From: a virus | Virus record (IMG/VR): IMGVR_UViG_3300027976_000006 | Span: 1-64,000 of that record | DNA length: 64,000 bases | Direction: 5' to 3' (one strand) | Part shown: positions 18,380 through 28,299 of the stretch, piece after piece | Numbering within the stretch: position 1 is the first letter of the stretch | How the letters are laid out: every line of letters starts with the position of its first letter | The notes under the pieces: model-generated | What the model was told of the DNA's origin: nothing | Database searches by the model: none | What the model saw: the letters and a program-made list of their open reading frames with translations, nothing else | Program-made: the position numbers and the translations under genes

Positions 18380-18959
18380 GTTTAATGATTTGAGCATTGT
18401 GGAAGTTACTGCGCTACAGAAGCTAGCTGAAAAACAACTAAAACAACTGAAGGATGGCGGTGAAGTGGTTGACCCTGGCAACCATGCCTTTAATTTTAAT
18501 GTACATCTTGATGGCAGCATTTCAAGAGAAGCCGACACAAAAGTTTTCCCGCCCTTCTCTTTAGCACAGTTTCTTAAGCCGATGTTGATTAAGTACGCTG
18601 AGGCGCTAGGGAAGGAAGAAGGTCGGCAATGGCTACAGACTTTAATGAACAGCCAAGGGGCTTTAGGTGCGGTGATTCAGTTAGGGTCTGAAGCTGTATT
18701 AATGTCGGCAGGTCCTGAGCTGACTGGCATATGGGCCATTGCCGAAGCAAAGGCCAAAGAAAAGTTTCAAGAAGTGACCCAGAAGGTTGGCAGAGCTGGA
18801 AACACAGTGGTGGTGGGTGCGCTGGAAACATTTCTAGACGTAAACACAGCTAGAGCCAAATTTACTGAGTCGGACTTTGATCCAGCTTCACTGCGCTTGC
18901 CAGATCCAGAGTATCCCCCAATAAAAGCAAAAGTTAAATCAGCCAAGAAAAAGAACTAG
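18372..18959 (+). CDS. Hypothetical protein
   Basis: AGGAG RBS; its TAG overlaps the TAG of the convergent gene (CTAG). Confidence 0.7.
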   Translation: MNKFNDLSIVEVTALQKLAEKQLKQLKDGGEVVDPGNHAFNFNVHLDGSISREADTKVFPPFSLAQFLKPMLIKYAEALGKEEGRQWLQTLMNSQGALGAVIQLGSEAVLMSAGPELTGIWAIAEAKAKEKFQEVTQKVGRAGNTVVVGALETFLDVNTARAKFTESDFDPASLRLPDPEYPPIKAKVKSAKKKN

Positions 18960-20134
18960 CCGTGCCCGTAGGCTTTAGCTAGCTCTTCTAGAGTTTTGTC
19001 GTCAATTTCTCTAAACTCTGCTGACTTGCTCAGTTGTGGATGCTGTCCAGCTTCGCTCATCAAGCGTTCAAGCAGCTCCGCATCTGGGCGAGGCAGAGTA
19101 TGAGCAACTTCTGCAATTTTTTCTGGGTCTATGTCAAACCCGCGACACACTTCAGCAGCAAATTCATTGCCGAATAAACTGATCACATCTTCGCGTGCAA
19201 GCTTAGCAAATTGCGACTTGTCGTAAGCGTTACCTGTTTGTAAAGTGCACAACTTACCAATGTCTGCGGCAGCTTTAGTGTAGCTAACTTTAAAAATCAC
19301 ATCTTCGGCTCTTGGTATCAAATCGGTGTATTTGCCTTTAAGCCCAATATTGTGGTCAATTAGATCGACTATTGCGGCTAGCTTAATTAGCTCTTTGGGT
19401 TGCAAAGCGGTGTTGGGTGTGACACGAACAGCCGCAGCGAGTTTTGTAATTGCATCACGCTGGTCTTGTTTCTTGGCAAGTTTTGCACGATTTTCCAACA
19501 TATAACAAACTTCAGCTGGGTCGGGTATTCCACGCCCTGCCTGCTTCTCAATAAAGTCGGTTATATCTTCGCCCATGTTTGCCCCATACCTAGCCGCTTT
19601 CTCCAGAATTTTATTTGAAATTATGTTGCGGTCAACGAATGGTATTCTGTCGCGATTTGATTGTAACCATTCAGCCGCAGTTTTAACTTGCAATGCATTA
19701 GTCATCGGGTAATATCGTTCTTGGCCGCCGTCCTTGCTTTGCCAAACATAGGCATAGCTGCTGTCTGGAAGTTGATCACTACCCCTCAACTCAGCAGCAC
19801 GCTTGACTATTGCGTCATAGGCTGGTCGAATAGCAAAGTAGTCTGCAAACTTTTGAAACCGTTCACAAATTCGACTTTGTTCGTTAGGATGGTATTCGGC
19901 GGATTTCTCGTGAAAGTACGCGGCAGACAGCCAAGTGGCTGGTGCAGAATGACACGCGTATTTTTTATGCACTGGGTCTGCATAAGCAGTGACGGCGATA
20001 GTTTCTGGAACCATTGTGGCTTCCAGATCGGCATTCCGCACAAATTGCGGAAAATCATAACGTTGAGCAATTTTAACCAGCTCAGCTTTATTTTTGTCAC
20101 TTGCAGGGTCTAAAATCACAGAAGGCGAAGGCAT
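18956..20134 (-). CDS. Hypothetical phage protein (possibly head morphogenesis; KxAA motifs)
   Basis: 392-aa ORF; GAGGAG RBS on the minus strand. Confidence 0.75.
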   Translation of the reverse strand: MPSPSVILDPASDKNKAELVKIAQRYDFPQFVRNADLEATMVPETIAVTAYADPVHKKYACHSAPATWLSAAYFHEKSAEYHPNEQSRICERFQKFADYFAIRPAYDAIVKRAAELRGSDQLPDSSYAYVWQSKDGGQERYYPMTNALQVKTAAEWLQSNRDRIPFVDRNIISNKILEKAARYGANMGEDITDFIEKQAGRGIPDPAEVCYMLENRAKLAKKQDQRDAITKLAAAVRVTPNTALQPKELIKLAAIVDLIDHNIGLKGKYTDLIPRAEDVIFKVSYTKAAADIGKLCTLQTGNAYDKSQFAKLAREDVISLFGNEFAAEVCRGFDIDPEKIAEVAHTLPRPDAELLERLMSEAGQHPQLSKSAEFREIDDKTLEELAKAYGHG

Positions 20135-22373
20135 TGTGTCTCTCCTCGATATTCATGCAGGATTAGCATACACGGCGATTGCCCCCTTGATCGGGATGGA
20201 ACCAGCCGTAGCTTACCCAATTTCAGCTAAGTGCCCGTACTGTGAGGCACAAGCTTGGTCTATTAATCAAGATACCAGAACTTTAGAAGAATGGTATTAC
20301 TGTTCCCAGTGTAAAGCCACAGGAACTATCTTGGCAATGGCAGCTGCGAGATTAAATATGCTCCCAGAAGAAGCTATGCAGTATTTAGCCGAACAATTAA
20401 ACCAAACCGTAAGCCCCAGCGATGTCCGATTATACCGGCGTGCTCAGGGCTTTTGTGCAAAATTACAAGAATTATGGAAACAATCTCAATTCGCTACACA
20501 ACTCAAGAGTAAAGAAAATTATAGAGCGTTGGTTCGGCTGGGTTGGAATACGATTAGTCAGATGAGTCCAGAGCGTTACAAGGCTGGGCCTGGTCAGATA
20601 TTAGGCATTTTATCTCCGGAACAGGTGGCTAAGTACGGGAAAGCCAATAAATTACTTAAAAAGAAAGAACCTACGGTACTAGTGCCATACTACCGGTCAC
20701 CCACGCAAGTAGGAGCATTGGCCTGCTTCAACGAAGGTACTGAAGTATTCCTTAACCCAAGAACAGGGGGTGAAGTGGGCTTTGTCGGCCTGCCTTTCTT
20801 GTGGCAGATGCAGTCAGAAAATCTTGTTCTCACCTCGATGTTAACCAATATGGTGCGGCTGCATCTACGCAACTTTAACAGCTCCGAGCTGCCACTGCCC
20901 GTCCTAGCGTGGCGCCAGTTCTTGATTACGGAGCGAAAGAAGCAATGGCCGATGTTGGGAGGAAGACAACTCATTTTTTGGGAATGTCAGCCAACCGCAG
21001 CGTTACTTCACCAAGCTATGCTGGCCAACGCCTCCATAAGTTTCACTGGCCCCGAGGTTATCCGGCAACAAGCCAAAGAAGTTAATGGCGATAGATGGCA
21101 TCGCTGGATGTCGGATATGCCGGCAACAGAAATCTATCAACAGATAGTTCGCACGGCTAAGCCCTACGAAAGGGCCTTACACAACTGGGCAAAATATGCT
21201 GCTCCTGCTGACAAGATTAAGTTGTTACAAGATGCGGAACAACAGAATTGCGAGCTAGCTAAATTAGTACGCTCTCATATTGCACCAAATTTGTTAACGG
21301 AAGTAGGTAGACGCATTAGAGTTCCAATAATGCAAAGAGTTGCAACCATGGGTGGAACTAATTTTATGGTAATAGTAGAAAAGAATAACAAGTGGCACGA
21401 CGATGCGGGAAATGTAAGATTTCCAGGAATTGTCCGTGTGGACAAACTTGTGGTACGCCCGGACAAATCCAAAGAATACATTGGCTACCTACAGACGAAC
21501 AAAGGTAAATATCCATTTCGTGTACCCGTAGAGAAAGCCAACTTAGCGTGGTTGACTGAATTTGGACTAAGCCACGGAATAATATTACAGTCTGATTCTT
21601 TTTACAACATATGGCGTAACCACTGGTTAGAAAGATTTAATCCTTTTGTGGCAGCTTGCCAGATTGAATTGCCTGAAGTGGTTAATGGGCTAGTGTCTAT
21701 CGGCTGGGATGGAAGCGGGTTTCAATTTCGTAACTCTAGGTTGTGTCGAGGAGAGTTTTCTTCAAATCCGGAATTTACATTTCCGGAGGACGCACCAGGA
21801 CCTAAGCAATTAATTTGTCGGCTGCGAGACGATGTAATCGCCGCAATCAGCGATGAAAGTCTAGAATTAGAAATAATCTGGGCTGTTGCTATGGCTATAT
21901 GTGCACAAGTTACTGCACCTGCTGTAGATCTTCCAGCTTATGGTATATGGATAGACCAGTCTGAAAATAACTTGTTTTTACAAGAAGTATATCACAGGTT
22001 TGAAATAAAGTGCGGGTTGCCTCAAGGCTGGGTACATAAATGGCCACGAAAAATTAAAAGGTTTATTACTGCATTGACACAGGAAGATACTGGATTTTTT
22101 ATTACTAGCTTTACAAAAAGGCAATGCCACAGCAACACGACTAATCTAATAAAAGTTACAAACATTCCAGAGAACCTACAACCTCGAAAGGTAACACACA
22201 GTTGTGACAAAATCGTGTTACAGTACCTAAAACAGTTTAGCAAAACAGATCATCCCCAGCCTGCAAGTTGGGAGGCGTGGAAAGATTACACCGTAACACA
22301 GATGCTGCAATTGTTTAGCTTTATAAAATCTAAAGCGCTAGACAATGCGGCAAGCCATCTGCATATAACATAA
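20094..22373 (+). CDS. Large protein with an N-terminal primase-like Zn finger (start uncertain: GTG 20136 or ATG 20196)
   Basis: CPYC...WYYCSQCKATG followed by a helical A..YL segment, as in primase Zn-binding domains; no clear TOPRIM motif. Confidence 0.6.
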   Translation: MSLAGSKITEGEGIVSLLDIHAGLAYTAIAPLIGMEPAVAYPISAKCPYCEAQAWSINQDTRTLEEWYYCSQCKATGTILAMAAARLNMLPEEAMQYLAEQLNQTVSPSDVRLYRRAQGFCAKLQELWKQSQFATQLKSKENYRALVRLGWNTISQMSPERYKAGPGQILGILSPEQVAKYGKANKLLKKKEPTVLVPYYRSPTQVGALACFNEGTEVFLNPRTGGEVGFVGLPFLWQMQSENLVLTSMLTNMVRLHLRNFNSSELPLPVLAWRQFLITERKKQWPMLGGRQLIFWECQPTAALLHQAMLANASISFTGPEVIRQQAKEVNGDRWHRWMSDMPATEIYQQIVRTAKPYERALHNWAKYAAPADKIKLLQDAEQQNCELAKLVRSHIAPNLLTEVGRRIRVPIMQRVATMGGTNFMVIVEKNNKWHDDAGNVRFPGIVRVDKLVVRPDKSKEYIGYLQTNKGKYPFRVPVEKANLAWLTEFGLSHGIILQSDSFYNIWRNHWLERFNPFVAACQIELPEVVNGLVSIGWDGSGFQFRNSRLCRGEFSSNPEFTFPEDAPGPKQLICRLRDDVIAAISDESLELEIIWAVAMAICAQVTAPAVDLPAYGIWIDQSENNLFLQEVYHRFEIKCGLPQGWVHKWPRKIKRFITALTQEDTGFFITSFTKRQCHSNTTNLIKVTNIPENLQPRKVTHSCDKIVLQYLKQFSKTDHPQPASWEAWKDYTVTQMLQLFSFIKSKALDNAASHLHIT

Positions 22374-22411
22374 CAAGTAAATATGCTGGTGCAGTACCTC
22401 TTTACAAAAAA

Positions 22412-22624
22412 GTGAGAATGAAAATGATAATAAAAAATAAAAGAGAATTAAAGGAATGGATAACAGAATGGAGTGATGTAGAGGAAGACGACATAGACAA
22501 AGTAATCGATAGGATTTTAAACGACAAAATGAAACCCCCGTTTGGAACAGATTATACAGCCTATCTTCATAGCCTAGGGGTATCGGCAGTAATTATTGGT
22601 GGAAGTAAAGGGGAAGGAGAATGA
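22412..22624 (+). CDS. Hypothetical protein
   Basis: Short ORF. Confidence 0.5.
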   Translation: MRMKMIIKNKRELKEWITEWSDVEEDDIDKVIDRILNDKMKPPFGTDYTAYLHSLGVSAVIIGGSKGEGE

Positions 22625-22792
22625 CTCGAAAATTAATAAACCAAGCCCTAGAGGCGATGCTATCTGTTCGTGTTGTGTGCAATGATTTGAACCACAAAAG
22701 GGGAGATCAGCACCAAGACGATGAAACCTGCAAACCATTAGAGAGATGGAACGCCGCAATCGAAGCTTTGTTAAAACATAGGGAGGATAAAA

Positions 22793-23140
22793 ATGGATGA
22801 AGAAAGCAACTATGAAAAATACAGGGGCAAATGTAAGGAGTTTAGCGTAGATGCCTGCGCTGAAGATTCAACCTTAACCTTGGTGCGCGGGCATTTTCGT
22901 TGCCCGATCACAGACAAAAGAGAACCTCACTGGTGGACGACTAGACCAGACGGTTCTATCTATGATCCAACACAAAAACAATTTGTATATTGGACAGACG
23001 ATCCTAAAAATTACGAACCTTACGATGGCACTTGCCGCTGCAAAATATGCGACAAGGTTACACTAGAAGAAGACACTTGTTTCTATGGAAAAAACACTTT
23101 TTGCAGTGGTGAATGCTATGACCAATTCTGTCAATTATAA
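22793..23140 (+). CDS. Cys/His-rich hypothetical protein with a C-terminal Zn finger
   Basis: GGAGG RBS; HWW, YDPT, CKIC...FCSGEC. Confidence 0.65.
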   Translation: MDEESNYEKYRGKCKEFSVDACAEDSTLTLVRGHFRCPITDKREPHWWTTRPDGSIYDPTQKQFVYWTDDPKNYEPYDGTCRCKICDKVTLEEDTCFYGKNTFCSGECYDQFCQL

Positions 23141-23157
23141 AGAAGGACGGGACAAAA

Positions 23158-25113
23158 TTATTCTGGGTCAACTAACGCACGACCTTGCATAGCAGAGCGA
23201 ACCTCGTCGCTGACGTGCATTTGCTCATAAGCGGACAAATCAGGCCAGCGCCCGTGCATTTGAAAGAGCATCATAGCCCCCATAGTGACCGCCTGCGCAA
23301 AATCGTCTGGACCTGCCGGATCTCGCAATATACGATAGTGATCTCGCCCGCTACCAGACTCGGCCTTATCTTCAATAAGGTTAAGAAAATCGTGGAGTAA
23401 CCCCACATCCTCTGAACCTTTGTGATCGTATTGAAAGAACCTAATGATGTGCGACTTAATAAACTGACAGCAGTAGTTTAAAGCACGATTACGGTCCATC
23501 GTGTAATGATTTCGAGGGTGCAGCTGATTAGCCGGTTTGAAGTTAATTAATCCTCTTTTAGCCGGGCCGATGTAGGCTACTGCCAGTATATTGGCAATGT
23601 CCACACCAGACTGTACTAGTAGGGTTTCTCGGACAGTACCGGCTCCGGTGTAATCGTGTACAACATGGCTGCAATGAAATGTTTGCATAATACCAAGGAT
23701 AAGCCTAGCCTCCCGCACATGATCGTGCGGAGTCAAGCTGCGTAAACCATAAATAACATCCACACGCCCATCCGGAGTTAGTCCGCAAACCGCTACCGTG
23801 GTGTAAGATTGCAAACTCATACTAGATTTGCCACGACTGACACCACCGCCGCCCCAATCGACAGAGACAAAGCGGTAGATATAATGGTCAATATTATTTT
23901 TTGCTTCGTCAACAAGACAAGCCCAAGGAAGACAAGCAGCCTGCTTTAAGTCGGTCACTGTTACTAGCTTGGAACCACTGTCCCAGGACTCCCCGCAAAC
24001 TTCGTTGTAGAACACATTAATCGGAACATTGCCTTTTCCATTCAGTTTGTCTACAAGTTTTTGCCATTTTTCTGGGTCAGCGTAGTGCATAGGCATAATT
24101 AGCTGAGGAACATGATACCCAACAAACGACCACCGCCTATCTGCATGCCGATGCACCCAGCGTCCCGTGCCGCCTTGTGCAGCAGGCCGGGGATTTATAG
24201 GCTTTGCACATTTGGCACAAATTACGCCGGGCACAGTCTCGCTAATGCCGGAATGGGGAGGACCGATCATTTTGATCAGGTCATACTCTAGCGCCGGTAT
24301 ATTCCAGTGCCCGCAACCCGGGTGGGGACAACGGATAATCCATTCAGCCATGGACGAGTCGTTCCAAAGTTTTTCAATGGTATTGTCTAGCGTTTTGGGA
24401 GTACCGGCATATTGAATGATCCCCCAATCCCTGGAAGCCGACAATGTCTCGTGAATGATAGGTAAAAATGAAATGTCCATGTACTGGATTTCATCAATAC
24501 AATTTTTGTCTGCACTTACGCCACGAATTCTTTCAGCGTCGGTGTAAGCAAAAGAAAAAAGCATTTGAGACTTGTTCTTAAACGAACGCTGCAGCACATT
24601 GTTAACCGTAGTCTCCCCGGAGAATAAGCGGCCCACAGGGCTGCTTTCTATAAAAGGAGCTACGTAGTTTTGCGAAAATCTTCGCACCATTTCAAACAAT
24701 GGTGTGATATAAAGCGTTGAAAAATAAGGAATACAGTTGGCAAATAATACTCCTTGCGCTGCAAGTGAAGTGGACTTTGACACCTGTCTTCCTGTTTTTA
24801 ATAAGGTAGTGCGTGGCATCCTTGTTCTAAAGAAAGGAGCGAAAGGAAAATGGTCATGTAAGTGATAAGGTTTACCTCTGATGGATAGCAGCAGGGGTAA
24901 TAAAGGTTTCAAAGTTAAATAACCGGTTTTAGCCATAACATGCTGGACCATGCGTAACTGTTGAATTTGCTGAGTATCTAAAGAATTCTTCATGTAATCA
25001 GACAGCAGCGACGACTCCAGCATCGAACTAAAATCAATTTCAGTCTTTGACTCTCGTTCTTCTGCTAGCATCTGACTAGCAGTCTTTTTTATTGCGTTTA
25101 TTTCATTACTCAT
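23158..25113 (-). CDS. terL: Terminase large subunit (GpA-like ATPase plus RNase H-like nuclease)
   Basis: KTGRQVSKST (Walker A region), RIRGVSAD, CIDE (Walker B), GTPKT, CPHxxC/CxxC Zn motifs, FYNEVCG, SVDWG nuclease Asp, PDD. Confidence 0.85.
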   Translation of the reverse strand: MSNEINAIKKTASQMLAEERESKTEIDFSSMLESSLLSDYMKNSLDTQQIQQLRMVQHVMAKTGYLTLKPLLPLLLSIRGKPYHLHDHFPFAPFFRTRMPRTTLLKTGRQVSKSTSLAAQGVLFANCIPYFSTLYITPLFEMVRRFSQNYVAPFIESSPVGRLFSGETTVNNVLQRSFKNKSQMLFSFAYTDAERIRGVSADKNCIDEIQYMDISFLPIIHETLSASRDWGIIQYAGTPKTLDNTIEKLWNDSSMAEWIIRCPHPGCGHWNIPALEYDLIKMIGPPHSGISETVPGVICAKCAKPINPRPAAQGGTGRWVHRHADRRWSFVGYHVPQLIMPMHYADPEKWQKLVDKLNGKGNVPINVFYNEVCGESWDSGSKLVTVTDLKQAACLPWACLVDEAKNNIDHYIYRFVSVDWGGGGVSRGKSSMSLQSYTTVAVCGLTPDGRVDVIYGLRSLTPHDHVREARLILGIMQTFHCSHVVHDYTGAGTVRETLLVQSGVDIANILAVAYIGPAKRGLINFKPANQLHPRNHYTMDRNRALNYCCQFIKSHIIRFFQYDHKGSEDVGLLHDFLNLIEDKAESGSGRDHYRILRDPAGPDDFAQAVTMGAMMLFQMHGRWPDLSAYEQMHVSDEVRSAMQGRALVDPE

Positions 25114-25128
25114 AGTAAGGAGCTTTAT

Positions 25129-25287
25129 ATGTCAAAGCCAGAAATTAGCCAAACAATTGGCTTGTTAGTTGCCTACCCAGCACTTGTTATGGGACTAGTA
25201 TGTTACTATACTGGAGCAGGCCTGACAAGTGCTGGATCTTTTTTGATAAATGCAAGCGGGCTAATACCGACTAAGGTAATAGATTAA
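25129..25287 (+). CDS. Small membrane peptide (52 aa)
   Basis: AAGGAG RBS; hydrophobic; not in the ORF track. Confidence 0.55.
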   Translation: MSKPEISQTIGLLVAYPALVMGLVCYYTGAGLTSAGSFLINASGLIPTKVID

Positions 25288-25309
25288 CTTAACCCAAGGG
25301 GAGGCTACC

Positions 25310-25525
25310 ATGCCATCTCGCAGTGCCTACGCCTACCAAATCAGAAAAAGAATGCGACCGCTCGGAGGGCTGTCGCCATCGTTTTCTACTAAACAACTAT
25401 TAATTCACCAATACCCAGATCCCACTGGAAAACCTTTGAGCGAATTAATAATTGGTGAAGGCACACCTCCCCCGGATCGAGTAGTATTGTCATCGTGGTC
25501 TCCTCCTAACCCGGAAGAGCCATAA
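25310..25525 (+). CDS. Hypothetical protein
   Basis: GGAGG RBS. Confidence 0.6.
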   Translation: MPSRSAYAYQIRKRMRPLGGLSPSFSTKQLLIHQYPDPTGKPLSELIIGEGTPPPDRVVLSSWSPPNPEEP

Positions 25526-25527
25526 AA

Positions 25528-25662
25528 ATGGATCCAGATATTGCGCTTTGGGCGCTATGCTACGGCATAGCCGCCGTTGTTATGTTTTCCTTGGGATTAT
25601 ACCTTCCTGCGATACTCGCAGGGGGTATATTATATGTTGGCTTGCGTCTAGCGGGCCATTAA
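25528..25662 (+). CDS. Small membrane peptide (44 aa)
   Basis: Fills the gap between two genes; strongly hydrophobic. Confidence 0.5.
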   Translation: MDPDIALWALCYGIAAVVMFSLGLYLPAILAGGILYVGLRLAGH

Positions 25663-25671
25663 GGAATATTT

Positions 25672-26004
25672 ATGCTGATTATCGTTGCGGCGTTAGCCAC
25701 TTGGCAGATCGTGGAGATATGGAGACATTCAAAACTAATGGCATCGATGCGTAGTCGCACCGAAATGTGGGATAACCGGCTAGGTGAATTGCTTAGCTGC
25801 CCTTTTTGTCTATCGGTTTGGGTAAGTCTCTTTTGTCTGCTTGGTCTAGAGTTGACTGACTATGGGTTGGCGGGTTACACATTATCACTGATGATCAATG
25901 CCTTAGCGATATCTAGACTTGCCAACCTGGGCAACGATGTTTTTAAAAAGTTTTGTATGACTCCAAAAATAAATGTAAATTTCGAAGAAAAGGAAAATCA
26001 ATGA
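25672..26004 (+). CDS. DUF1360-like membrane protein
   Basis: LGELLSCPFCLSVWVS. Confidence 0.7.
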   Translation: MLIIVAALATWQIVEIWRHSKLMASMRSRTEMWDNRLGELLSCPFCLSVWVSLFCLLGLELTDYGLAGYTLSLMINALAISRLANLGNDVFKKFCMTPKINVNFEEKENQ

Positions 26005-26351
26005 GCCAAGAATCCGAAATAGAAACTAAATTTATGTTTGATGAAAAATTAAACAATAAGTTTAGAGAGGCGGCACACGCCGCGTTTTTGGAAGTACCGG
26101 AGTTGCGTAGTGTGATAGTAGTATACGATTACTACCGAAATCTAAACGACATGCCGGACATCAGCAAAGGTTTATGGCTGACTGCCGAGAATAGCGATAA
26201 AAAACCAATAGACTCAGTTGCGGGTTCGTTGGGTGCGTTATTGCAAAGTACTGCACACATCTTGGATGAAATGTTTGCCAGACATCAAGCACTGCAAACG
26301 CAACTAGTGGAACTTTCCAAACAAATCCTAGAAAAGAAAATGGAGATTTAA
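26001..26351 (+). CDS. Hypothetical protein
   Basis: AAGGA RBS, ATGA overlap. Confidence 0.65.
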   Translation: MSQESEIETKFMFDEKLNNKFREAAHAAFLEVPELRSVIVVYDYYRNLNDMPDISKGLWLTAENSDKKPIDSVAGSLGALLQSTAHILDEMFARHQALQTQLVELSKQILEKKMEI

Positions 26352-26354
26352 AAA

Positions 26355-26780
26355 ATGAATAATACAGTCAAAGAGACTAAAAGTTTAAGACAGCGGGTTA
26401 TTGTCGCTATTCTAGAACGACCGGAGGGGGTAACCGATAAAGAACTAGCTGGGCTAACTGGTGGCCAACAAGTCGCCGTTACGGCGATACGGTACAATGC
26501 AGTCCAGACTGGGCTGGTTAAGTATCACGGAACGCGAATGGGCCGAGCTGGGAGTTCAATCAAAACGTGGGTGGCGGCCAGTACCAAAGAAAAAAAATCG
26601 TTTAAGTATGCGGCAACTACATCTATCGATTCTTTGCTAGACGCAGCAACGCAGAAGCTCGCAGGACTGTTTGAGCAGCATAAAAAAACAAGTATTGATT
26701 TTGAATCTCTAAAAGTAATGCTAGCCGAGCTTAAACAAACTGCGGAAAACAGGGTTAATGAAATTTCCAAGTTACTGTAA
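26355..26780 (+). CDS. Putative winged-HTH protein with coiled coil
   Basis: ILERPEGVTDKELAGL...GLV pattern. Confidence 0.5.
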   Translation: MNNTVKETKSLRQRVIVAILERPEGVTDKELAGLTGGQQVAVTAIRYNAVQTGLVKYHGTRMGRAGSSIKTWVAASTKEKKSFKYAATTSIDSLLDAATQKLAGLFEQHKKTSIDFESLKVMLAELKQTAENRVNEISKLL

Positions 26781-26794
26781 AGAAAGGAATTGGG

Positions 26795-27043
26795 ATGAAA
26801 AAGGAAAATTATATGGTGCCTAGCCCCGATATCGCAGCAGCTGAAACGCAAGCTTTGATCGTTCCAGTGCTTGTGGTTAGAAAAGACGGCAATGACACGA
26901 GTACGCAGTTAAGAATCAGTTGCATAGGAAATGGGTATTTAGTAAAGACGGGAAATACTCCAATTTATTACGCAACTAAAGAGGACATGGCGAAAGCTGT
27001 CTATTTGGGATTGTTAAGTCTAACCTGTGGCGTTGAAAAATGA
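26795..27043 (+). CDS. Hypothetical protein
   Basis: Coupled to the methyltransferase. Confidence 0.6.
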   Translation: MKKENYMVPSPDIAAAETQALIVPVLVVRKDGNDTSTQLRISCIGNGYLVKTGNTPIYYATKEDMAKAVYLGLLSLTCGVEK

Positions 27044-28299
27044 AATACTTATCTGTGTGCTCCGGCATAGAAGCAGCCACTGTCGCATGGCATCCACTTA
27101 AATGGGTGCCAGTGGCTTTTTCTGAAATTGATAAGTTTCCTTCCGCAGTACTCAGGCACCACTACCCAACCGTGCCTAACCTTGGCGACATGACTAAGTA
27201 TAAAGATTGGAAACCACATGCAGAAATCGACCTACTCGTCGGAGGAACTCCTTGCCAAAGTTTTAGCATCGCAGGATTACGCAAAGGTCTTGAAGACCCC
27301 AGAGGTAATCTTATGCTTACCTATCTTGCAATCGCTGAAAGTTACCAACCTCGGTGGCTCGTTTGGGAAAATGTCCCTGGCGTTCTGTCAAGTAACCAAG
27401 GAAGGGATTTTGGAACCTTCCTCGGAGCGCTGGGGAACTTGGGGTATGGGTTCGCCTTTAGGGTGCTGGACGCTCAATGGTTCGGAGTGGCGCAAAGACG
27501 TCGTCGTGTGTTCGTTGTCGGATGTCTTGGAGACGCAGGCCGTGCCGCCCAAGTTTTATTTGAGTCCGAAAGCGTGCGCCGGAATCCTACGCCGAGCCGC
27601 GAAAAGGGGCAAAAAATTGCCGCCACTCTTACAGATGGCTCTGGAGAGCGTGGCGTCGATGCCGATCAAATAGCCAATGGTAACTATGCAATTGGTACGG
27701 ATTGTTACAACGGTTCGATCACTGGTGAGGTAGCGGCAACGCTAGGCACACCGGGTAGTAGTTCTAATGCGTCAGGTCCTACAGTTATGCAAGCCATGTG
27801 CTTTGATCGACAAAGTAGTGGAGAGTATGGGACTGCACCAGTAGCTTCGACCATGGCTGCCCGCGATCACAAAGGTGCAAGCGACATCGTGGTACATCCA
27901 ATTGTTTTAATGGATCAGGGTGGCAGCGTAATGAATGTAATGACAGATGGCACAATTGGAACTTTGCGTAGAGAAACAAAAGGGCATGAACCTTCAATTC
28001 TTTGTTTTTCAACAGCAAAAAAGGCTGGAACATTGCGTGCCAACCCAGACAGTGGTTTTCAGTCAGACGGTTCTCCAGTTGAGGGGGTTGTTATTAACAC
28101 ATTCCCTTTGGCAGTTCGCCGTCTGACCCCTCGTGAATGCGAGCGACTTCAAGGATTTCCAGACGATTACACCGCGATTCCTTGGGGTAAAAAATCAGCA
28201 AGCGAATGTCCTGATGGTCTGCGTTACAAAGCATTAGGCAACTCAATGGCTGTGCCTGTAATGCGGTGGATTGGCGAAAGAATCGACAAGTTGAAGTAA
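27040..28299 (+). CDS. dcm: C5 DNA cytosine methyltransferase
   Basis: Motif I CSGIEA, IV GGTPCQSFS, VI ENV, VIII QRRRRVF, IX RRLTPRECERLQGFP, X GNS. Confidence 0.95.
   Translation: MKYLSVCSGIEAATVAWHPLKWVPVAFSEIDKFPSAVLRHHYPTVPNLGDMTKYKDWKPHAEIDLLVGGTPCQSFSIAGLRKGLEDPRGNLMLTYLAIAESYQPRWLVWENVPGVLSSNQGRDFGTFLGALGNLGYGFAFRVLDAQWFGVAQRRRRVFVVGCLGDAGRAAQVLFESESVRRNPTPSREKGQKIAATLTDGSGERGVDADQIANGNYAIGTDCYNGSITGEVAATLGTPGSSSNASGPTVMQAMCFDRQSSGEYGTAPVASTMAARDHKGASDIVVHPIVLMDQGGSVMNVMTDGTIGTLRRETKGHEPSILCFSTAKKAGTLRANPDSGFQSDGSPVEGVVINTFPLAVRRLTPRECERLQGFPDDYTAIPWGKKSASECPDGLRYKALGNSMAVPVMRWIGERIDKLK
27218..27673 (+). CDS. Overprinted alternative-frame ORF inside dcm (start may be ATG 27371 or 27446)
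   Basis: 151 open codons in the +1 frame, ending SLSDVLE...KFYLSPKACAGILRRAAKRGKKLP. Confidence 0.5.
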   Translation: MQKSTYSSEELLAKVLASQDYAKVLKTPEVILCLPILQSLKVTNLGGSFGKMSLAFCQVTKEGILEPSSERWGTWGMGSPLGCWTLNGSEWRKDVVVCSLSDVLETQAVPPKFYLSPKACAGILRRAAKRGKKLPPLLQMALESVASMPIK

